Position numbers and translations under genes: made by a program. A stretch of 62,062 bases of DNA, from the NCBI GenBank assembly GCA_030550675.1, contig JAUQOW010000001.1:1-62062 (forward strand), given 5' to 3'. Origin of the DNA: Chloroflexota bacterium (lineage in GTDB: Bacteria; Chloroflexota; Chloroflexia; Chloroflexales; Roseiflexaceae). Shown one piece after another: positions 8,477-17,851 of the stretch; within the stretch, counting starts at the first letter, position 1; every line of letters starts with the position of its first letter. The notes beneath the pieces are model-generated. The model searched no databases, had not been told where the DNA came from, and worked only from the letters and a program-made list of their open reading frames with translations.

Positions 8477-10204
8477 ATGAGTCTCGGTTTACAAGCATTT
8501 CTGGCGTTCAGTCCTATTCTGGTCGCTGCGGTGCTGCTCGTCGGTCTGCGCTGGCCCGCGCGACGGGCAATGCCGATTGTCTACGTTTTCGCCGTGCTGA
8601 TTGCGCTTTTTGCCTGGCAGGTGCCGCTTATGCGGGTGGTCGCATCGACCATTCAGGGGTTGTTCATCACGTTCGACATCCTGTTGATTATCTTTGGCGC
8701 GATTTTACTCCTCAACACCCTGAAGCACTCCGGCGCCGTCGCCGTCATCCGCAATGGGTTCAGCACCATCAGCGCCGACCGTCGCGTGCAGGCGATCATT
8801 ATCGGCTGGCTGTTCGGCTCGTTTATCGAAGGCGCCTCGGGCTTCGGCACACCGGCAGCGATCGCTGCGCCGCTGATGGTGGCGCTCGGATTTCCGGCGA
8901 TGGCGGCAGTGATGATTGGCATGATGGTGCAGAGCACGCCGGTGACGTTTGGCGCAGTGGGAACGCCGATCCTGGTCGGCGCGCGCGGCGGGCTGGATAC
9001 GCCCGAACTGGGCGCGCAGCTCGCAGCAATTGGTCTAACGCTGAACGATTACCTGCGCCTTATTGCAGCGCGCGCCGCAATCATCCACGGCATTACCGGA
9101 ACGCTCATGCCGCTCCTGATGGTCATGATGATGACCCGCTTCTTCGGGAAGAACAAATCGTGGACGGAAGGGTTGTCGATGGCGCCGTTTGCGATTTTCA
9201 GCGGTCTGGCGTTCACCATTCCCTATACGCTCACTGGCGTTCTATTGGGACCGGAGTTTCCCTCGCTGTTGGGGTCGCTGGCGGGGCTGGCAATCGTGGT
9301 AACGGCAGCGCGCCGCGGGTTCCTGCTGCCGAAGGATACGTGGGATTTCGCTCCTCCGGGCGAGTGGCAGCCGGAATGGCTCGGACAGATCGAGATCAAG
9401 CTCGATGATCTGACCGGCAAAAAGCTGATGAGCGCCTGGCTGGCGTGGGCGCCCTACCTGCTGGTGGCGTTCTTCCTGGTGCTGACCCGCCTGCCGCAGT
9501 TGCCCATCGGCTCGACGTTGCGCTCGATCCTGAAGATCGAGTGGAAGGACATCTTCGGCACAGGCATTACCGCCTCGACGACGCCGCTCTATCTCCCTGC
9601 GTCGATCCTGGTGGTGGTGGTGCTGATCACCTTCTTCCTCCATCGCATGAGTCGCAACGAACTCCAGGCGGCGATCAGCGATTCGAGCAAGGTCATTCTT
9701 GGCGCGGGCTTTGTGCTGATCTTCACCGTGCCGATGGTGCGCGTCTACATCAACTCCGGCGTCAACGCGCTGGGCATTGCCAGCATGCCGATCAGCATGG
9801 CGGAGTGGGTAGCGGTGAATGTGGGCGGCATCTGGCCCATGTTTGCGCCGACCATCGGCGCGTTGGGCGCCTTCATCGCCGGCAGCAACACCGTCAGCAA
9901 CCTGATGTTCAGCCTCTTCCAGCATGGCGTCGCCGAGCGGCTGTTGATTTCGGGGGCCGCCATTGTGGCGCTGCAATCCGTCGGCGCTGCGGCTGGCAAC
10001 ATGATCGCCATCCACAACGTTGTCGCCGCCTCGGCGACCGTAGGGCTGCTGGGGCAGGAGGGCGCGACGCTGCGCAAAACCGCGATTCCTACCTTCTACT
10101 ATCTGATCGTCGCTGGCGCCATCGGGTTAATCGCCATTTACGGGTTGAACATCAGCGACCCGCTCACCGCTGAGATGGTGCGGAATGCTGCGTCAGGGCA
10201 GTAG
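8477..10204 (+). CDS. lctP: L-lactate/glycolate permease (LctP family)
   Basis: [34 protein letters not shown] motifs; multi-TM; GGAGG RBS. Confidence 0.92.
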   Translation: MSLGLQAFLAFSPILVAAVLLVGLRWPARRAMPIVYVFAVLIALFAWQVPLMRVVASTIQGLFITFDILLIIFGAILLLNTLKHSGAVAVIRNGFSTISADRRVQAIIIGWLFGSFIEGASGFGTPAAIAAPLMVALGFPAMAAVMIGMMVQSTPVTFGAVGTPILVGARGGLDTPELGAQLAAIGLTLNDYLRLIAARAAIIHGITGTLMPLLMVMMMTRFFGKNKSWTEGLSMAPFAIFSGLAFTIPYTLTGVLLGPEFPSLLGSLAGLAIVVTAARRGFLLPKDTWDFAPPGEWQPEWLGQIEIKLDDLTGKKLMSAWLAWAPYLLVAFFLVLTRLPQLPIGSTLRSILKIEWKDIFGTGITASTTPLYLPASILVVVVLITFFLHRMSRNELQAAISDSSKVILGAGFVLIFTVPMVRVYINSGVNALGIASMPISMAEWVAVNVGGIWPMFAPTIGALGAFIAGSNTVSNLMFSLFQHGVAERLLISGAAIVALQSVGAAAGNMIAIHNVVAASATVGLLGQEGATLRKTAIPTFYYLIVAGAIGLIAIYGLNISDPLTAEMVRNAASGQ

Positions 10205-10375
10205 CGCCGTCGCATCACAACGGCGCTTGCCGTCGCATCGCAACGGCGCTTGCCGTGCGGGTTACAGGCGGAAGATATGAAGGTTGGAGGTAGACGCAGA
10301 GCCGTTGCGATGCAACGGCTCTCAATGTTTGCAGCAGAATGGCACAATGAACTTTGTCGAACCGCAGGTCTACGA
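10201..10375. repeat. GTAG-type REP cluster with 23-bp tandem duplication
   Basis: gccgtcgcatc(a/g)caacggcgctt twice; agagccgttgcgatgcaacggctct hairpin. Confidence 0.7.
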
Positions 10376-10471
10376 CGATGCGTTGAACAGCGACCGGACG
10401 AAGGCACGATCGTCGTGACCGTTGTTGATAATGTATGATGCGATGTATATGTGTGAGGGAAGGAGAACGCC

Positions 10472-10768
10472 ATGGCGTCGAAAATACGGAAGCAGATTTC
10501 TATCGACCCTCATCAGGAGGCGATGCTCAAGCGATCAGGAAAAGAGTACAGATCGACTGAAGCCGAAATCATCCGACGGGCTATTGATCAATGTGCCCAA
10601 ACGTTGTACGTTCCCCGGCGTCGTCTGGAAGCCTGGGAAGCAGAGCGGGCATTCATCCTGAACTTGATCGATCAAGGACCTGCACCTGGGCAACGCGCCT
10701 GGCGACGAGAGGATCTGCATGAACGCCAGGGTGCTTGTGGATGCCAATGTTCTGGTCTACGCATATGA
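10472..10768 (+). CDS. Putative RHH/CopG-type antitoxin (VapB-like)
   Basis: RKQISID...TEAEIIRRAID; WRREDLHER tail overlapping a PIN gene. Confidence 0.75.
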   Translation: MASKIRKQISIDPHQEAMLKRSGKEYRSTEAEIIRRAIDQCAQTLYVPRRRLEAWEAERAFILNLIDQGPAPGQRAWRREDLHERQGACGCQCSGLRI

Positions 10769-11249
10769 TCGCTCAACGCCCGAGAAGCAACGGCGCGTCC
10801 TGGATGTCCTGGATCGTCTGGCTGTCAGCGGCGCGGGCGCGATCAGCACTCAGGTTCTCGCTGAGTTTTTCGTTGCGGTAACCCGAAAGATTGCCGATCC
10901 TCTTTCCGTGCCGGATGCCTGTGAGAGGGTCTTGAACTATCTCCAAAGCTGGACCGTCCTGGAAGTGAGCGGCATGGTCGTTCTGGAAGCGGCGCGCGGA
11001 GTGCGCGATCACCCGTACGAACCTGAAACCGATGCGTTCACCGAGCTTAAGAGCGCTAACACTCGCGGCGCCAGCCCGACGCTTCAGACCATCGTGATCC
11101 CGGTGGATCCGCCGGTTCAGGTTGACAACGCTACGAACTCCTACCGGTTGCGGGTTGCGCCTGGCGTTGCATCATCGGCGCATCTGCTGCGCAGCGCGCG
11201 TGTCGGCTACACGGTTCCGTCGGCGTTTCTGCCGATTGTGGCAAGGTGA
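10719..11249 (+). pseudogene. Truncated PIN/VapC toxin fused in frame to the C-terminal fragment of an unrelated exported protein
   Basis: VLVDANVLVY and STQVLAEF PIN motifs end at ARGVRDH; the WDA and SEDF motifs are missing; the rest ends in AFLPIVAR. Confidence 0.75.
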
Positions 11250-11318
11250 CAGGACTCCGCACAACGGCGCAAAAATGTTACTTAATTGTGTCTATCCGAG
11301 AGAATAGTTTTCGTGCTC

Positions 11319-11575
11319 TCAGGTATTTTTTGCGCTCAGTTCAGCAAGTCGCTGGAGCAATCGACGAACATGCCTGTCTGCGATCATTGCTCCCCTATGC
11401 CCGTCACAGAATCGCTCCCCACGAACGCAATACGTCAGCAAAACTCCTCAACAACCTCGTCGTATTCTGGCCAGGGTGCAGTAAAGCCTCCATCCCCCGT
11501 GTTGGCTCCACTGTGCTATCTTTTGATGGGATTAAACCCTTTCGCATACAGTCCAGCACCGTAAGCGTAGTCCAT
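11319..11575 (-). pseudogene. Decayed DUF6508-like gene
   Basis: Manual translation gives APWPEYDEVVEEF and VRGERFCDGHRGAMIADRHVRRLLQRLAEL in different frames, with stops. Confidence 0.6.
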
Positions 11576-11594
11576 AGACCACCTTTCCAAAACG

Positions 11595-11621
11595 CTTTGC
11601 GCCTCTGCGTCTTTGCGTCAA
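11595..11621. repeat. 8-bp-unit repeat arm (CTTTGCG family)
   Basis: ctttgcgcctctgcgtctttgcgtcaa; relatives at 7843, 15529, 22979 and 48138. Confidence 0.7.
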
Positions 11622-11665
11622 CCTTTCAATGCTATGCACTATCCTCTTTACTCTCTCCTCTCCGC

Positions 11666-12655
11666 TCATCCCCCCACCCCATACACCCTTTCCACCCGCA
11701 CGTTCAACGTATCCTCCGCGAGGGCGATGGCGTCGCTCAGCGCGACGCGGCGCGCGACGGCGTCGGCGTGCTGCGCTGCCCACTGCTCGCGGAAGCGCGC
11801 CGGGATGTCGCCGCCGAAGCGTTTGGCGATCTCTGCGCGCAGCGCGTCGAATTCCAGCTCCCACCAGCGCTCCAGCCGCGCCCCTGGCGTCGCGCCCGGC
11901 GGTCCGAAGTCCTTTACCAGCCGCTGCGTGAACTGCCGCTCTAGCAGCACTCGTTCGCGCGTCAGGGTGACGATGCGTTGCGCCAGTGTTTCCACTGCCG
12001 TGCGCTCAGTTTCCGGCGCGTCGGGGATCGGCAGCCGTCCGACCCGCTCCGGCGTGAGCCGGTAGACCCTGCCCATCCGGCACTCGTCAGTCAGCGCCAG
12101 CCATGCCAGGCGGCTCATCAGTACGCCGAGCAGGAAGAGCGAACCAGGCGCGTGGCATGTGCCCGGTCCCGCCAGCCAGCCCGGTTCGGTCAGTGCGAAG
12201 CGCTGCGCGACGCTGGCAATCGACCAGATGATGCGCGGTTGCGCGAAGAGGGTCACGTCGCGGATGGAGAGTTCCCACCATGTCTCATCAGGCGGATAGG
12301 ACGCGGCAGCGGGCACGAGATGCTGATGGAGCGGCGGGCAGCGTTCCGCCAGGCGCTCCCATGCCTGTGCGGCGTCTATGTTTGCGCCGAACGTTGCCGC
12401 CGTCCATTCCGGCGGCAGGACGATCAGGGAGCGTGGCGCCTCACAATACCAGGAGTGCACATCTACGGTACGCACTACCCGTCGCAGATATGGCGCCAGC
12501 GACGGGTCGAAGATGACGATGCGATCGCGCGTCGCCTTATCCACGATCAGGCGCGCGGTTGGCAGCGGTCCGACGCCGCGCTGCGGCAGACCGGAGACCT
12601 CAGCGAGCGGACGACCGGCTACACGCATGGTTGCGAGCAGATCAGCGGGGTTCAT
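11666..12655 (-). CDS. Orphan TaqI-C/Eco57I-like target-recognition domain protein (no methyltransferase or nuclease domain)
   Basis: FAQPRIIW...RFAL...FLLGVLMSRL...RLPIP pattern, helical WWELEFDALRAEIAKRFGGDIP, VERVYG end; no NPPY or FxGxG. Confidence 0.65.
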   Translation of the reverse strand: MNPADLLATMRVAGRPLAEVSGLPQRGVGPLPTARLIVDKATRDRIVIFDPSLAPYLRRVVRTVDVHSWYCEAPRSLIVLPPEWTAATFGANIDAAQAWERLAERCPPLHQHLVPAAASYPPDETWWELSIRDVTLFAQPRIIWSIASVAQRFALTEPGWLAGPGTCHAPGSLFLLGVLMSRLAWLALTDECRMGRVYRLTPERVGRLPIPDAPETERTAVETLAQRIVTLTRERVLLERQFTQRLVKDFGPPGATPGARLERWWELEFDALRAEIAKRFGGDIPARFREQWAAQHADAVARRVALSDAIALAEDTLNVRVERVYGVGG

Positions 12656-13610
12656 CCGGCGCTCCCTCAGTCACATCTCCGCTGAAACGCGCATCGACGC
12701 CCAGACGGACAAGCAACTGGCGCAGGACGCTATTAAGAGCGTCGAGCGGATGGGTGTGCAAATGACGCTCCAGAAAATCCTGGGTGGCGCATTCCGGACC
12801 AGGATCGCTGCCGGTTTGTTCAAGCAGCGTCCAGCGGTGCGCAGCGATCCAGCGGTAGAGATCGGCTTCGGTGCGTCCCGGAAAATAATCCAGCGCCCGA
12901 TGCCGCCGGATGGCGCGCACCAGCGGCAGATAAACCGTGTCGTACCAGTCGGCGACCGCCTCAGCGCGTGAGATTTCGCGCTGCTGTTCCAGCCCCATGA
13001 AGTAGCGATGAGTGTTGATATGCTGAATCAGGTCGAGGTATCCGCCCGCTTCGCTGAACTCGATATGCTGATCAGGGCGCAGCCGGTGCAGTTCGGTCCA
13101 TTCCAGAAAGTCGCTGTATTCTTCCTTGAGCAGCAGATCGCGCACCGAGTCATTCAGTTCAAGCGGAACATCGACCAGCAGTTCGGTCACATAGGCATCA
13201 ATCTCCTTCTGTCCCATGTGCCGGGCGACGGAAATGCGGTGATTGCCGTCGCGCACAAAATAGACATCGCCGATTTTGTACAGTTCGACCGGCGGAAGGT
13301 TCGCCATCTGCTGCACCAGCGCGTGGATTTCCGCCCAGCGACGCCTGAGTTTGCCGGAGCGCGGCAGAAACCGGCGGTCGAAGTCGAGGTAGCGGCCCTC
13401 GCTGCCGACGATCCGATCAATCGGCACGGTTTGCAAGCCGAGGTCGCGCTGACCGCGCACCTTGAGGCGGGCGCGCACCTCGTCAAGCGAGAGCATCGTT
13501 CCCGACTGCCGCAACAATGTATCGAACACGCCAGCGATGAACGCCTTGCGGCGCGCCTCGTCGAACTTCTGCGATCCTTCGCTTTGATAGAAAGAGCTGA
13601 TGTTGCTCAC
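12642..13610 (-). CDS. ParB/Sulfiredoxin-like N-terminal domain protein with DUF4032-like C-terminus
   Basis: IVGSEGRYLDFD and PPVELYKIGDVYFVRDGNHRISVA; GTG start overlaps the upstream TGA (GTGA). Confidence 0.8.
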   Translation of the reverse strand: MSNISSFYQSEGSQKFDEARRKAFIAGVFDTLLRQSGTMLSLDEVRARLKVRGQRDLGLQTVPIDRIVGSEGRYLDFDRRFLPRSGKLRRRWAEIHALVQQMANLPPVELYKIGDVYFVRDGNHRISVARHMGQKEIDAYVTELLVDVPLELNDSVRDLLLKEEYSDFLEWTELHRLRPDQHIEFSEAGGYLDLIQHINTHRYFMGLEQQREISRAEAVADWYDTVYLPLVRAIRRHRALDYFPGRTEADLYRWIAAHRWTLLEQTGSDPGPECATQDFLERHLHTHPLDALNSVLRQLLVRLGVDARFSGDVTEGAPDEPR

Positions 13611-14257
13611 GATACGACCGCCTTCGCCGGTTCGAGCGACAGCAAGCGATACCCGGCGGTATTGATGACCATTGTCCGACGATAGCGCGTTTTCCACGGT
13701 TCGCGCACGCCATAGGAGCGATGCACATGACCATGGATGAGGTAGCGCGGCGCGAACAGGTCCATGAACAGCAGAAACGCGCGAAACCCGCGATGTGCGC
13801 GATCAGGACCGTTGTGAATGCCAAGCGGCGGCGCGTGGGTCAGCAGCACATCGAGATAACGCCCGTGCCGCAGGCGGTTGACGACCAGCCGCGGCGCCAT
13901 CAGCCACATATGGAGCAGCATCTCAACCTCAGTGTACTGCGGACCGGATTCCTGATTATAGCGCACGCATCCGCCCAATCCGCCAATCAGCCACCCTTCG
14001 TGCATGACGCACGTCATCTCTACAGGGACGCAGCCGCGTGGTGCGGTCAACTCATCGCCGTTTGCACAGATCTCGACCGTGTCGTGGTTGCCCGCCACGT
14101 AGTAACACGGCACGCAGAGCATGGTGACGATAAACTCAAGGTAGTAGTACGGCAGATCACCGCAACTGAGCACACACCGGACATCGCCAAACCGCTGTTT
14201 GACGTTCAGGCTGTAGATGGCGGGAACGATCTCATCACTGACGGTCATACACATCAT
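13607..14257 (-). CDS. Calcineurin-like metallophosphoesterase
   Basis: VSD, CGDL, GNHD, THAPP and HGHVH metal-binding motifs. Confidence 0.9.
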   Translation of the reverse strand: MMCMTVSDEIVPAIYSLNVKQRFGDVRCVLSCGDLPYYYLEFIVTMLCVPCYYVAGNHDTVEICANGDELTAPRGCVPVEMTCVMHEGWLIGGLGGCVRYNQESGPQYTEVEMLLHMWLMAPRLVVNRLRHGRYLDVLLTHAPPLGIHNGPDRAHRGFRAFLLFMDLFAPRYLIHGHVHRSYGVREPWKTRYRRTMVINTAGYRLLSLEPAKAVVS

Positions 14258-14287
14258 GGGCGCTGGAAAACGCGCTCTTCATCGAGC

Positions 14288-14395
14288 GATCAACCAAAAT
14301 CTGGACAGTCACGCCTGCACCTATGGAGCGGCTGGCGTTGGCTGAGCCTGTCGAAGCCAACACTGATCGCAAGATTGTCCAGTATCTGGTTGATC
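14288..14395. mobile_element. MITE-like element (family A) with about 23-bp imperfect terminal inverted repeats
   Basis: gatcaaccaaaatctggacagtc ... gattgtccagtatctggttgatc flank a central hairpin with loop GAGCCTGTCGA. Confidence 0.75.
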
Positions 14396-14401
14396 TTCCT
14401 A

Positions 14402-15487
14402 TCAGTAGCGCAGGATGGTTGCGATGCGCTGATGCTGCGGCAGCGCGCCGTTGTCAACGAACACTACGCGCCCGCCTTTGTCCAGCACAACAGCGATAAT
14501 CTCATCCACAGCATCATCGAGAACGCCCGGCAGCGTGGGATCATCCACCGGCGTCAGCGTCATCCCGTCGTCGGCGACCTGCACCGCCTGATGGTAATCT
14601 TCCTCGACAAGGAGCACATCCACGCGACCTTCGCGGGCGAAGCGCCACACTTCACCGAGGGTCGAGGCATACTTTTGCGCGCCAACGGCGGCGTCCAGCG
14701 CCTTCAGCGCCTCGGCGCGACGGATGGCGAGGTTCTGTTCGACCAGGGGCCACACCAGTTTGCCAAGTTCGTGGGCAGGGGTTTTATCGTGGTTGCCGGT
14801 CAGCGTGGTGATGACCGCGCTGGCGTGCGGCGAGACTTCGCGGAAGAAGGCGAGATAGCGATCCACGCCGACCAGCGCCAGCGGCAGCGGGTCATCGGTG
14901 ATGAACGGCGTCAGCGCGGCGCTGACCTGGCGGAAAAACTGGCGGTGGCGCTCATCGCGGTACGCCGAGCGGTTGACTGCCGGGTCGTTCGGCAGGCCCC
15001 GCTCGCCGCCAGGACCGGTATGGATCATTGGGAATCCTTCGTCGGTGATTTCCTGAAGATGCTCACGCACTCCTTCAAAGAGGCGCGTCGGCTGCTCGCT
15101 GAGCGCCAGCACCCAGTACCGCGGGGTGCGGTTGAGCGCAAAGACCAGCCCGCGCGTCCAGAATGTCTCGTCAACGACCACCCGTTCCGGCAGCGTGAAC
15201 GGCAGCATGAACATGCGCCCAATGTCACGGTTGACAAACAGCGCCAGCCCGTCCAGCGTGTAGCGGTAGTCGATATCATTGACCAGCGCTTCGAGCCGGG
15301 AGAGGAGCGGCTCGACCTCGCGCCGCGAGAACTCGTTGAGCAACCGGTTGGTTGCTTCGGTCACCAGGTTCTTCACCCGGATCGGGTCCTGCTTATTGTC
15401 GGGTGAGGTGCGATGCGTCGGCAGCGTGATCGTCACTGACGGATAGAGCCGCACTGCCTGAAGTAAACGGATGTCGTGGCGATTCAT
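14402..15487 (-). CDS. Bacterial aeRF1-like protein (baeRF3 family; possible ribosome hibernation factor)
   Basis: PSVTITLPTHRTSPDNKQDPIRVKNL, LALF, YWVLALSE..TRLFEG, C-terminal VLDKGGRVVFV...IATILRY. Confidence 0.85.
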   Translation of the reverse strand: MNRHDIRLLQAVRLYPSVTITLPTHRTSPDNKQDPIRVKNLVTEATNRLLNEFSRREVEPLLSRLEALVNDIDYRYTLDGLALFVNRDIGRMFMLPFTLPERVVVDETFWTRGLVFALNRTPRYWVLALSEQPTRLFEGVREHLQEITDEGFPMIHTGPGGERGLPNDPAVNRSAYRDERHRQFFRQVSAALTPFITDDPLPLALVGVDRYLAFFREVSPHASAVITTLTGNHDKTPAHELGKLVWPLVEQNLAIRRAEALKALDAAVGAQKYASTLGEVWRFAREGRVDVLLVEEDYHQAVQVADDGMTLTPVDDPTLPGVLDDAVDEIIAVVLDKGGRVVFVDNGALPQHQRIATILRY

Positions 15488-15528
15488 GAGAGTCTCCCAT
15501 TCATAACGGAGCTTTTTGCAAACAGGCT

Positions 15529-15602
15529 AACGCGAAGGCGCGAAGACGCAAAGGTACGGAATATTGATTGCGAATCTTTGCGCTTTTGCATCTTCGCGTC
15601 AA
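15529..15602. repeat. 8-bp-unit inverted-repeat hairpin (CGCGAAG/CTTTGCG family)
   Basis: cgcgaaggcgcgaagacgcaaag ... ctttgcgcttttgcatcttcgcgtc. Confidence 0.75.
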
Positions 15603-15628
15603 CACGTTCGAGAAACGCTATAACAGAA

Positions 15629-15653
15629 AGGGACGACCACAGGGGTCGTCCCT
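15629..15653 (-). terminator. Hairpin downstream of the ABC operon (terminator or REP)
   Basis: agggacgacc-acagg-ggtcgtccct 10-bp stem followed by TTCTGTT on the minus strand. Confidence 0.55.
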
Positions 15654-15684
15654 GCGCATCCCGCTGACTGAGTCGGTGGAAGTT

Positions 15685-16725
15685 CTACTTCCAGTTTCCT
15701 GTTTCCCACTTCTTCAGGAATACCTCAGCCTCTTCGGGTGTGCGCACCAGATCGAAGCCTGTGTCGACGAAGGGCGGGTATTGCTTCTTATTCACAACAA
15801 TGTCGTACAGGATACCCACGGCATCGTAGCCCCAGCCGTAGAACTTCTGTCCGATCAGCGCATGAACCAGTCCTTCCTTGAGCAGTTTCAACTCGTTCTC
15901 GAGAATATCCCAGGCGACGGTCTTCATGCCAGCTCTGGCAGCCGCCTGGAACTTCGGCATTGCATTAATGTCGCCGAACAAAGGCCAGGCGCCAGCCATA
16001 AAGTAACCCGCCAGATCGGGATTGGCGGTCAGGCGGTTCTCCACCACCTCGACGCCTTTCTGGATATCATCATAGCATGGATCGGTCGCAACCCACTGCA
16101 AGCCAGCCGGATCGGCGACCTCACGGAATGCCCTGATGCGCGCCTCCAGGTTCTGCGCCCCTGGCACGCCGGTGAGGATGGCATAGGTCTTGTTCGGGCT
16201 GTCCTTCAACAGTTCGACCATGACCTCAGCGCCTTTCCTGGCAGCCGCTTCGTTGTCAAGACTATAGAACGTGATCCGCTTCGAGTCGGGCGAGTCCGAG
16301 TCCCACGTAATGACAGGAATTCCAGAGTCCATTGCGCGGTCGATCACTGGCTTGAGCGCATCAGGGTCATTGCACGAGATGCCCATGCCGTCCACTTTGC
16401 GCGCAATGGCAGCGTCGAGCAATTCCGCCTGCTTCTGGGCATCGGCGGATTCCGGGCCGATCCACTCGACAGTGATTCCCAACTCCTTTGCCTTATCCAT
16501 AGCGCCGCGCCGCGCCACGTCGAACACCGGGTTGTTGACCGCCTTCGGCGACCAGACGAACGTCAGGGGTTTTGTCGCACCTGCGGCTGGCGGCGTCGTG
16601 GGTTGGGTTGCGGCAGGGGGTTGAGGCGCGGGCTGCTGTCCGCCGCAGCTTGCGAGAACTGCAGCGCTGGCGCCCATTGCTGCCATTCGCAGGAACGTCC
16701 GTCGCGAGAGTCTGTGTCGATCCAT
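15685..16725 (-). CDS. Sugar ABC transporter substrate-binding protein (RbsB-like), Tat lipoprotein
   Basis: SRRTFL Tat motif, LASC lipobox, NNPVF, GIPVITWDSD. Confidence 0.92.
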   Translation of the reverse strand: MDRHRLSRRTFLRMAAMGASAAVLASCGGQQPAPQPPAATQPTTPPAAGATKPLTFVWSPKAVNNPVFDVARRGAMDKAKELGITVEWIGPESADAQKQAELLDAAIARKVDGMGISCNDPDALKPVIDRAMDSGIPVITWDSDSPDSKRITFYSLDNEAAARKGAEVMVELLKDSPNKTYAILTGVPGAQNLEARIRAFREVADPAGLQWVATDPCYDDIQKGVEVVENRLTANPDLAGYFMAGAWPLFGDINAMPKFQAAARAGMKTVAWDILENELKLLKEGLVHALIGQKFYGWGYDAVGILYDIVVNKKQYPPFVDTGFDLVRTPEEAEVFLKKWETGNWK

Positions 16726-16797
16726 GACAACCTCCCATCGTCGGTAAGGATGCTAAAATCATACTGCTCCGCAGCCCTGAGCCATACACCATTGACG

Positions 16798-17823
16798 TTA
16801 TCGTCGCTGGCGCAGCCGATCAATCAAGGCGGAAAGCAGAATGATACCGCCGGTAAATGCCTGTTGCCAGTAGCTTTCGACGCGCAGCAGCACCAGAGCG
16901 TTGTTCAGGACGCCGATCAGAATCGCGCCGAGCACCGCGCCCGCCACCGTGCCGCGCCCGCCCGAAAGGCTGACGCCGCCGATAACAGCAGCGGCGATCA
17001 CGAACAGTTCATACCCCAGCGCCTGCGTCGGCGCTGAGACGCCTAACCGCGCCACGACCAGCACGCCGCCGACCCCGGCAAGCGTGCCGGACAGCGCATA
17101 GGTCAGGATGCGCACACGTTCGACCGGCAAACCGGTCAGCGCGGCGCTGGTTTCATTCCCGCCGATAGCGTAAATATAGGTTCCCCAGACGTGGTACGAC
17201 AGAAAGAGGCCAACCAGGATCGCCAGCACGATCAGAAAGATCACCGGCACGGGCACCGGACCAACATACCCCTGCCCGAGGTTGGTAAACTCAGGCGGGA
17301 AATTGCGCACTGTCTGACCACTGGTCAACCCGACGACGATGCCGCGCACAACCCCCAGCATCCCCAGGGTGGCGATGAAAGGCGCAATCTTAAGCCGAAC
17401 GACGAGCGTGCCATTAATCAGACCGACTGTTGTGCCAGCAAGCACCCCCAGCGCAAATGCAACTGCTGGCGGCAGACCATACCCGGGCAACTGATAGGCT
17501 GTCGTACCGCCCTGACTGACAGCGATGGCAGCCACGAGCCCGCTGAGCGCCATGGTTGATCCGATCGAGAGATCGATCCCTCCCGCCATAATAACCAGCG
17601 TCACGCCCAGCGCAGCAATCGCAATATCTGCATTATTGCGCAGAATATTGAACAGATTGTCCGAGGTAAGAAACGCCTCGCTGCTTTGTGAGAGAAAACC
17701 ACTCAACACTGCCAGCACAATAATGATGCTCGTCTCCGGTCGCTGAAGAATGCGCCGAATGATGCCAGGCTGTTGCGTAACGACAGGTGCGCTTTTCGCT
17801 TCAACTGATGTGTCTTCGCTCAT
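16798..17823 (-). CDS. Sugar ABC transporter permease (RbsC-like)
   Basis: GGIDLSIGS, PFIATLG, YAIGGNE, IAAAVIGGVSLSGGRG. Confidence 0.95.
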   Translation of the reverse strand: MSEDTSVEAKSAPVVTQQPGIIRRILQRPETSIIIVLAVLSGFLSQSSEAFLTSDNLFNILRNNADIAIAALGVTLVIMAGGIDLSIGSTMALSGLVAAIAVSQGGTTAYQLPGYGLPPAVAFALGVLAGTTVGLINGTLVVRLKIAPFIATLGMLGVVRGIVVGLTSGQTVRNFPPEFTNLGQGYVGPVPVPVIFLIVLAILVGLFLSYHVWGTYIYAIGGNETSAALTGLPVERVRILTYALSGTLAGVGGVLVVARLGVSAPTQALGYELFVIAAAVIGGVSLSGGRGTVAGAVLGAILIGVLNNALVLLRVESYWQQAFTGGIILLSALIDRLRQRR

Positions 17824-17851
17824 GATCGGACCTCACCATACCCGATGTCGA

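Noticed and set aside
11246-11944. 232-aa plus-strand ORF
   Set aside because: Runs antisense across a pseudogene, a repeat arm and a real gene end
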